In this document: positions 59,217-64,000 of the stretch, piece after piece | Layout of the letters: each line of letters opens with the position of its first letter | How positions within the stretch are numbered: position 1 is the stretch's first letter | DNA from: Vampirovibrionales bacterium | Lineage (GTDB): Bacteria > Cyanobacteriota > Vampirovibrionia > Vampirovibrionales > JAJTHC01 | NCBI GenBank assembly: GCA_035285025.1 | Contig: JAYKHY010000036.1 | Location: forward strand, 1 to 64,000 | Length of the DNA stretch: 64,000 nt | Direction: 5' to 3' | The notes under the pieces: generated by a model | Databases searched by the model: none | The model's input: the letters and a program-made list of their open reading frames with translations, nothing else | What the model was told of the DNA's origin: nothing | Made by a program: the position numbers and the translations under genes

Positions 59217-59693
59217 TTATTTAAGCTCAACTATCAGTTCAAGTTCTACGCTGGCGTTTAAGGGTAATGCAGCTACGCCTACGGCAGAACGTGCGTGCTT
59301 GCCAATTTCTTCGCCAAAAACGTCGAGCAAAAGCTCGGAGGCACCGTTTACCACCTGCGGCTGATTGTAAAACGCTGCGCTGCTGCTGACAAATCCGACT
59401 AATTTTACCACACGCGCAACGTTGTTCAGGCTGCCTGCGGCGTCTTTGATCAGCGCCAGAGCGTTCATTAAGCACAGGCGCGCTGCCGCCTGACCGTTGG
59501 CGATGGCTTGCGGGTCGTCTGGAGTTAATGCGCCAGCATGGGCCAACTGGCCCGCTTGCATGGGTAAAACGCCACTGGTGTAGAGTAAATTGCCGGTTTT
59601 TACGGTGGGCACATAAGCCGCTACCGGTTTTGGGGCCTCGGGCAGTTCGGCTTCCCATTGGGCCAGGGTTTTGGTTGGGGTAGAGGTGGTCAT
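59217..59693 (-). CDS. RidA/YjgF-family reactive intermediate deaminase
   Basis: YjgF/chorismate-mutase-like fold signature. Confidence 0.75.
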   Translation of the reverse strand: MTTSTPTKTLAQWEAELPEAPKPVAAYVPTVKTGNLLYTSGVLPMQAGQLAHAGALTPDDPQAIANGQAAARLCLMNALALIKDAAGSLNNVARVVKLVGFVSSSAAFYNQPQVVNGASELLLDVFGEEIGKHARSAVGVAALPLNASVELELIVELK

Positions 59694-59713
59694 AAAAGGC
59701 TTTAATCCTTCGG

Positions 59714-60025
59714 CTATCGATCTGCTTGTTTATCGGGTAAGGCTTCCAATGCTTTGTATTGTTGAGCCAAACGGGCTTCTCGGTCTTCGAGCGATTGTTG
59801 CTCGATACTAATTGCATCATAAATTTGAGGATTGACGATATCTCGGCGCTTGATTTGGCGGAATAAAGCAATACTACCGTATAAGGCGGAACCCCCCAGA
59901 GTCAATAAGCCGGCTAAGCCGACTGCGGGAGATAAAGCCATTAATGGGGGCACAATCACAGGTGTTAAAGAAGTGCCACCCAAACAAAGCAAGGTATTTC
60001 GCATTGCTCGACGACGGTACTGCAT
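59714..60025 (-). CDS. Hypothetical small membrane protein with C-terminal coiled coil
   Basis: One or two TM segments followed by a charged helical tail. LapA/YhcB-like architecture, but unassigned. Confidence 0.45.
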   Translation of the reverse strand: MQYRRRAMRNTLLCLGGTSLTPVIVPPLMALSPAVGLAGLLTLGGSALYGSIALFRQIKRRDIVNPQIYDAISIEQQSLEDREARLAQQYKALEALPDKQADR

Positions 60026-60222
60026 CCGGTTTGCTTGCTCGGCTTCTTCTAAAGCTATTTGTGTCTATTGCGGATTACTGGGTTGCGCCTGCGCCAGATC
60101 CCGAACACCTTGAAGGGTTACCGTATCCACCGAGCCCAGTTGCCGATCAAGGATTCGGGCAATAGGGTAAGGCCGCTCAGGCCAAAAATGCTTGAGAGTC
60201 AGACGAGGCAAAAAATATAGCC

Positions 60223-60687
60223 TTAAAACGGAATATCGTCGGCGCTATCGAACAAATCCGCGCTGGCCGGTGCCATCGGTGCTGCGGCTGCCGTGCTTGC
60301 CATCGCAGGCTGGCGCTGGGGCGCGGCTTGGCCTGGAGCCCCTGTTGCCGACGGAATCACGGGAATCATCGCGCCATCAATCACGCTGACCTGGGTGGCT
60401 TCAATCTCGAAACTTTTTTTGGTCACGCCTTCGGGGGTTTGATAGCTGTTAAGCTGGAGGCGGCCTTCGACCCAGACGCTTTGCCCGGCCTGCACTTGTT
60501 CGGCTACGGCGCTTGCTAGTCCGCGCCAGCAGATGACTTTAATGCTGAACGGCTGCGCCATTTTGCTGCCAGGGGCGGCTGGCACGAGCAGCGATAAATT
60601 ACAGACGGGAACATTTTGATTATTGGTAAAGCGGGTTTCGGGCGCTTTTTCGACTTGTCCCAATAACGAAACTCGGGCGAGACTCAT
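60223..60687 (-). CDS. ssb: Single-stranded DNA-binding protein
   Basis: OB-fold N-terminus, Gly/Pro/Gln/Ala-rich linker, acidic C-terminal DDIPF tip. Confidence 0.93.
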   Translation of the reverse strand: MSLARVSLLGQVEKAPETRFTNNQNVPVCNLSLLVPAAPGSKMAQPFSIKVICWRGLASAVAEQVQAGQSVWVEGRLQLNSYQTPEGVTKKSFEIEATQVSVIDGAMIPVIPSATGAPGQAAPQRQPAMASTAAAAPMAPASADLFDSADDIPF

Positions 60688-61026
60688 TGCCGCAACTCCT
60701 ATACTGTTTTAAAGCGCAAATCATAAATTTTTTTGAATAAAACTAGCCCGTACAAGCCTGAAAAACAGCAACGATTGATGTCTTATTCAAAAGTTAATTT
60801 GCTATATTTAGGGCTAAAACGCAAGCGATGCACCGTAGGCTGTTAACGGCTAACATGGGCGTTTGGGGGCAATTAGCCGTTTAAGTTAACAGTGTGCTAA
60901 AAAAATATTGCGATTATGCCAAGACTGACCGTATGGATTCTGAAACGCTTACCGTAATTGGCGAAACCTGCCATACAGTCAGTTAAGGAATAATCGCTAA
61001 AATATTAGATCGCTAAAGGCTGCGTG

Positions 61027-61596
61027 TTAGTCGTCTGCCGCGGCGGGTGCAGCTTCTGCAGGGCTTGTCGGTGCAGCACCTTCGTTACGTGGCTGAAAGC
61101 CACCACCTGGCTGGAAGTTGCGTGGCCCACGGTTACGATCAAAGTTACCACCGCGGCCGCCCCGGTAGCCGCCTCGGTCGCCATAGCCCACGCCTTGCTC
61201 GCGCATCTCGGTAATGCGGGCGGCCATGGTCTCAGGTGTGCGGTTTTCGCGAGAACCAATGACCGTAGCGAGCATATTGCGCTCGGCATCGTAAGTCGAT
61301 TCGGTGCGAATCACGGTCATGCGCAGGACGGTATCCATTAATTTAACCTGGCGCTGGAGAACACTGATTTTATCGGGCGGCATGGTGAACAGTAACACCA
61401 GCACCAAGCCTTCGGCTTGTTTGCTGATGTTTACCGCAAGACGTTTGCGGCCAGCGGCTTCGGATTTTGCGAGCTTACCGCCGAGGGTTTCGATCATTTG
61501 GCCGAATTGAGCAATGGTTTTTTCGGCACCTTCAATATCTGCAGTGGTGGTTAGCAGGAGTAACGCTTCGTACTGGGGTAACGTCGCAACGGTCAT
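61027..61596 (-). CDS. rpsF: 30S ribosomal protein S6 with Arg/Gly-rich C-terminal extension
   Basis: S6 core (YEALLLL...E...I...G...G.....G.R.LAY.I.K...G.YV...F) from MTVATLPQYE. About 80 extra residues of RGG/Pro/Ala-rich tail. Confidence 0.75.
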   Translation of the reverse strand: MTVATLPQYEALLLLTTTADIEGAEKTIAQFGQMIETLGGKLAKSEAAGRKRLAVNISKQAEGLVLVLLFTMPPDKISVLQRQVKLMDTVLRMTVIRTESTYDAERNMLATVIGSRENRTPETMAARITEMREQGVGYGDRGGYRGGRGGNFDRNRGPRNFQPGGGFQPRNEGAAPTSPAEAAPAAADD

Positions 61597-61921
61597 TGGT
61601 TTAAATCCATTCTGGGGTATCGAGTAAAAGCTGACTACGGCAAAAGATTGTCTGAGGTGTGGCTGGTTTTGGCTAAATTTAGTATTAAGTGCTAATTTGT
61701 GTAAGCGCTGATGCGCTAAGCCTGAACCACACGGCACACCTTTAATTTAAAAAAGTAATTTAATAAGCAACTCAAAATTTAAGTTCGATTAAGGTATTTG
61801 GAGTTACCTTAAACGAGCCTCAATGTTAAAACGAAGCCTATACAGGTGTAAAGGGTTGTTACACACCCTGTTACCCGTTGCAACGTCCGTGGTGTGAGAA
61901 TCTAAACTGATTGGCCTGAAT

Positions 61922-63052
61922 TTAGCCCACCAGTTTTAGCCTACCGACGCCAAAGCCAGTGGTAACGCTGTCGCTGGTGCTACAGGTGTTGACGGTACAA
62001 GGCGTTGCGGTAAAGCGACCTTCGATGTATCGGCCGCTGGCGTTGCCGTTGGCGCGGTAGCCAGTAATCTGGAAGCCGGTAAACCCCGAGACAATGACCG
62101 TAGAATTTGAACCAGAGCCTGTAAAGGTATTAATGAGTGGAATCGCGAACACGGTCTCGTCTGCAATGAGGGTGTCTAGCGTGTCTGAAACGCTGGGGAT
62201 AAAGTTACCCGTTTGCGTGCTGTAACATTGCCCCAGGGTTACTGTGCCGGAATAACCTGATTCAAGCCATTGTTCGGTGGTTGAGCCGCCAGGCACGCCG
62301 GGTGCGCAATCTCTTAGGTCAGCAAAGCCCCAGTTGCCCGATGTCGGCGTGGGGCAGCTAATTGTACTGCCGTTTAGCTCAAAGTGGTCGCCGTAAATGC
62401 GAACAACATCATCGGTTAAGTCGCCGTCGGCTGCCGAGGCTTGCCAGTGTGCCTGACAGCCGTAAATGGGTCTTAGTCCGCCCGTTATACTGGTCACACG
62501 GTTATCAATCATCGCAACCGAGGAGACCGTTGCCCCTACCGAGTTAACGCCCAGCATTTGGCCGAAAAAGGTGTTAATGGTGTTGTTACTATTGGAGTTG
62601 CCATTACTCTCGTTAGCAACGACATTCACTTTTACGGCGTTATAGCCACCCGTTTGTTGAAATCTGGTGCCAGAGGGCGTGGTGCTAAAGCTGGTTGGAT
62701 TGCTGGGGTCAACGAAGCCAAAAATAATATCGCCATTATTTGCCACCAACGGAAAATTTTCGGAAGCGTAATCGATAACCGCGTTACGAGCCTCGGTTTG
62801 TTTGGCCTCTGTGGTTTCTGCAGTGCTTTTAAATAGGGTACCCGCGCCTGCCAGCGCGCCCGCTTGCGAGGCGGTCAGCATCTGGTTACGCACCGCAAAG
62901 TAATACGGAATATCGGTGGTTAGGCCGGCCAGCAAAAAGCCCAAGAGTGCTATGGCAATGAGATAAACGGCAGCAGAGCCTTTTTGTGCACTGTTTTTAA
63001 GGCTTTTGAAACATTTAAAAGCCTTAAACCGTTTTAATCGCCGCGCGTTCAT
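61922..63052 (-). CDS. TadE/TadG-like Flp-pilus assembly protein
   Basis: N-terminus RRLKRFK...GSAAVYLIAIALLGFLLAGLTTDIPYYFAVRNQMLTASQAGALAGA matches the TadE/TadG prepilin-like N-terminal domain. Cys-containing C-terminal domain. Confidence 0.65.
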   Translation of the reverse strand: MNARRLKRFKAFKCFKSLKNSAQKGSAAVYLIAIALLGFLLAGLTTDIPYYFAVRNQMLTASQAGALAGAGTLFKSTAETTEAKQTEARNAVIDYASENFPLVANNGDIIFGFVDPSNPTSFSTTPSGTRFQQTGGYNAVKVNVVANESNGNSNSNNTINTFFGQMLGVNSVGATVSSVAMIDNRVTSITGGLRPIYGCQAHWQASAADGDLTDDVVRIYGDHFELNGSTISCPTPTSGNWGFADLRDCAPGVPGGSTTEQWLESGYSGTVTLGQCYSTQTGNFIPSVSDTLDTLIADETVFAIPLINTFTGSGSNSTVIVSGFTGFQITGYRANGNASGRYIEGRFTATPCTVNTCSTSDSVTTGFGVGRLKLVG

Positions 63053-63439
63053 AGGCGCCGAGTCCTCATGCAAAAACAGATTCGAATTCAGGCAGGCATA
63101 AAAAATGCCGTTGTATTGCGTATCGGCCGTTTAAATGCAAGCAGCTTAGCTGCGTTAAAATTTTTTACAATGGCTCTAATTCCGGTTATGCCCAAATAGT
63201 AGCGGATTTAAACCTGCTTTGGCGATTTTTGGTCGATAGGTTTAGATGTATTTATCTCTATTTGAGGCAATTGAGCGCAATTTAATTCTTTATAAAGTTT
63301 TTATTTTTATACAAACAATATATAAATCAAAAGTTAAATTGAACCAGCTTACACATGGGCTTTGTTTGTAAAAAATGCGTTACTGTCGAATGTAATGCAA
63401 CAAAACGTGCTGTTTGATTCTTCTTTGGAGCTTACAAAT

Positions 63440-64000
63440 CATGCGACCCGCATCGATTGGTTTTTCTCATCATGCTAATACGCACGCGCAAGAGCGTCGC
63501 CATAATACACGCACTGCAACTTCGTCCGAAAATGCTTTCGCGAAGCCTTCTAGCGCTACAGCAGAGTCGAGCGCGGGCACGACGAGCAGCGCAAGCACTT
63601 CGTCAACGACTGAGCCAAAAATCTGGAGCCCGAAAGGCTGGAGCAACAAAGAAGAGGGCTGGTGCCCGCCTGGCCTTAAAAAGCACGATGGTGTGCCGCC
63701 TGGACAGGCAAAAAAAGGATTTATTTCTCAGGCAAGAGCGCAAGAGCTTGAGCAAGCAAAAATAGAAGCCGAAGAAAAAGCCGCCGAAGCTGAAAAAGCA
63801 GAAGAAGCCAAAAAAGCTGCAGAAGTGGCCGAAACTGTTGAAACAACGACGGATAATGAGGAGGATCTTAAACTGGCACCGTTACCGCCAGATACAACGG
63901 TTGATGCCTCAATCCTGAACCAGATTCTCAAGTTGCTGCAGTCGTTAACGGCCGCAGAAACCACCGAGAGCAAACCAGCCGCCGAGCCAGATGCGGCCCT
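63440..64000 (+). CDS. Hypothetical protein, 3'-truncated by the window end; KGW...PPGLKKHDGVPPGQAKKG motif
   Basis: Open frame (MRPASIGFSHH...) running to the window end, with tandem PPGxxKK(G) motifs and a Glu/Lys/Ala-rich region. Absent from the supplied ORF track, probably because no stop lies in the window. Confidence 0.4.

Noticed and set aside
60845-60895. Imperfect ~40-bp palindrome (GTTAACGGCTAA...TTAGCCGTTTAAGTTAAC) between rpsF and ssb
   Set aside because: It could be a terminator or regulatory site for rpsF, but no adjacent U-tract and an imperfect stem. Insufficient support to call.
63457-63765. ORF 63457..63765 + (Arg-rich 102 aa) and ORF 63728..63973 -
   Set aside because: Arg/Ala-rich out-of-frame translation. 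A better coding frame exists from ~63440 running to the window end.
1-64000. Neisseria-type DNA uptake sequences (GCCGTCTGAA and variants), looked for because of the dRS3-like element
   Set aside because: No exact occurrences noticed on manual scanning, so a Neisseria assignment is not supported.

Overview
This is a 64 kb chromosomal segment from a diderm (Gram-negative-type) bacterium with about 55% GC. The lineage cannot be assigned from this window. TonB, RcnA, TadG-like, Dcd and long-form HisG look proteobacterial, but DUF561/Ycf23, BtpA, DUF212, FlbD and DUF1573 give a mixed signal. The backbone is housekeeping: hisG, rplU-rpmA, rlmN, tgt, accC, folC, dcd, hemA, accA, ssb and rpsF. It is interrupted by several lower-GC islets. 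A hypothetical-protein-rich stretch (25-35 kb) encodes Gly/Ala-rich hydrophobic-hairpin proteins and coiled-coil/repeat proteins. The strongest observation is that two small islets are inserted exactly at the 3' ends of rlmN and of a SNF2/SWIM helicase gene. One islet carries a flotillin gene with an in-frame TAG, the other a class II Fic gene. Each is bracketed by a direct duplication of the target gene's 3' terminus (41 bp exact; 69 bp with three synonymous differences), with the gene-proximal copy supplying a new C-terminal coding end. This is the scar expected from an integrative element or homology-anchored illegitimate insertion, yet neither islet encodes an integrase. Other points of interest are an orphan FliI/SctN-type ATPase and an orphan FlbD far from any flagellar or type III secretion genes, a translationally coupled BtpA-family/GatD-like glutaminase pair, a low-GC glycosyltransferase/acetyltransferase islet next to tRNA-Ser(GGA), a CI/Cro-like S24 repressor pair with a perfect palindromic operator, a Neisseria dRS3-like palindromic element, and an RTX-repeat gene remnant. 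No CRISPR array or rRNA was found, and there is one tRNA.
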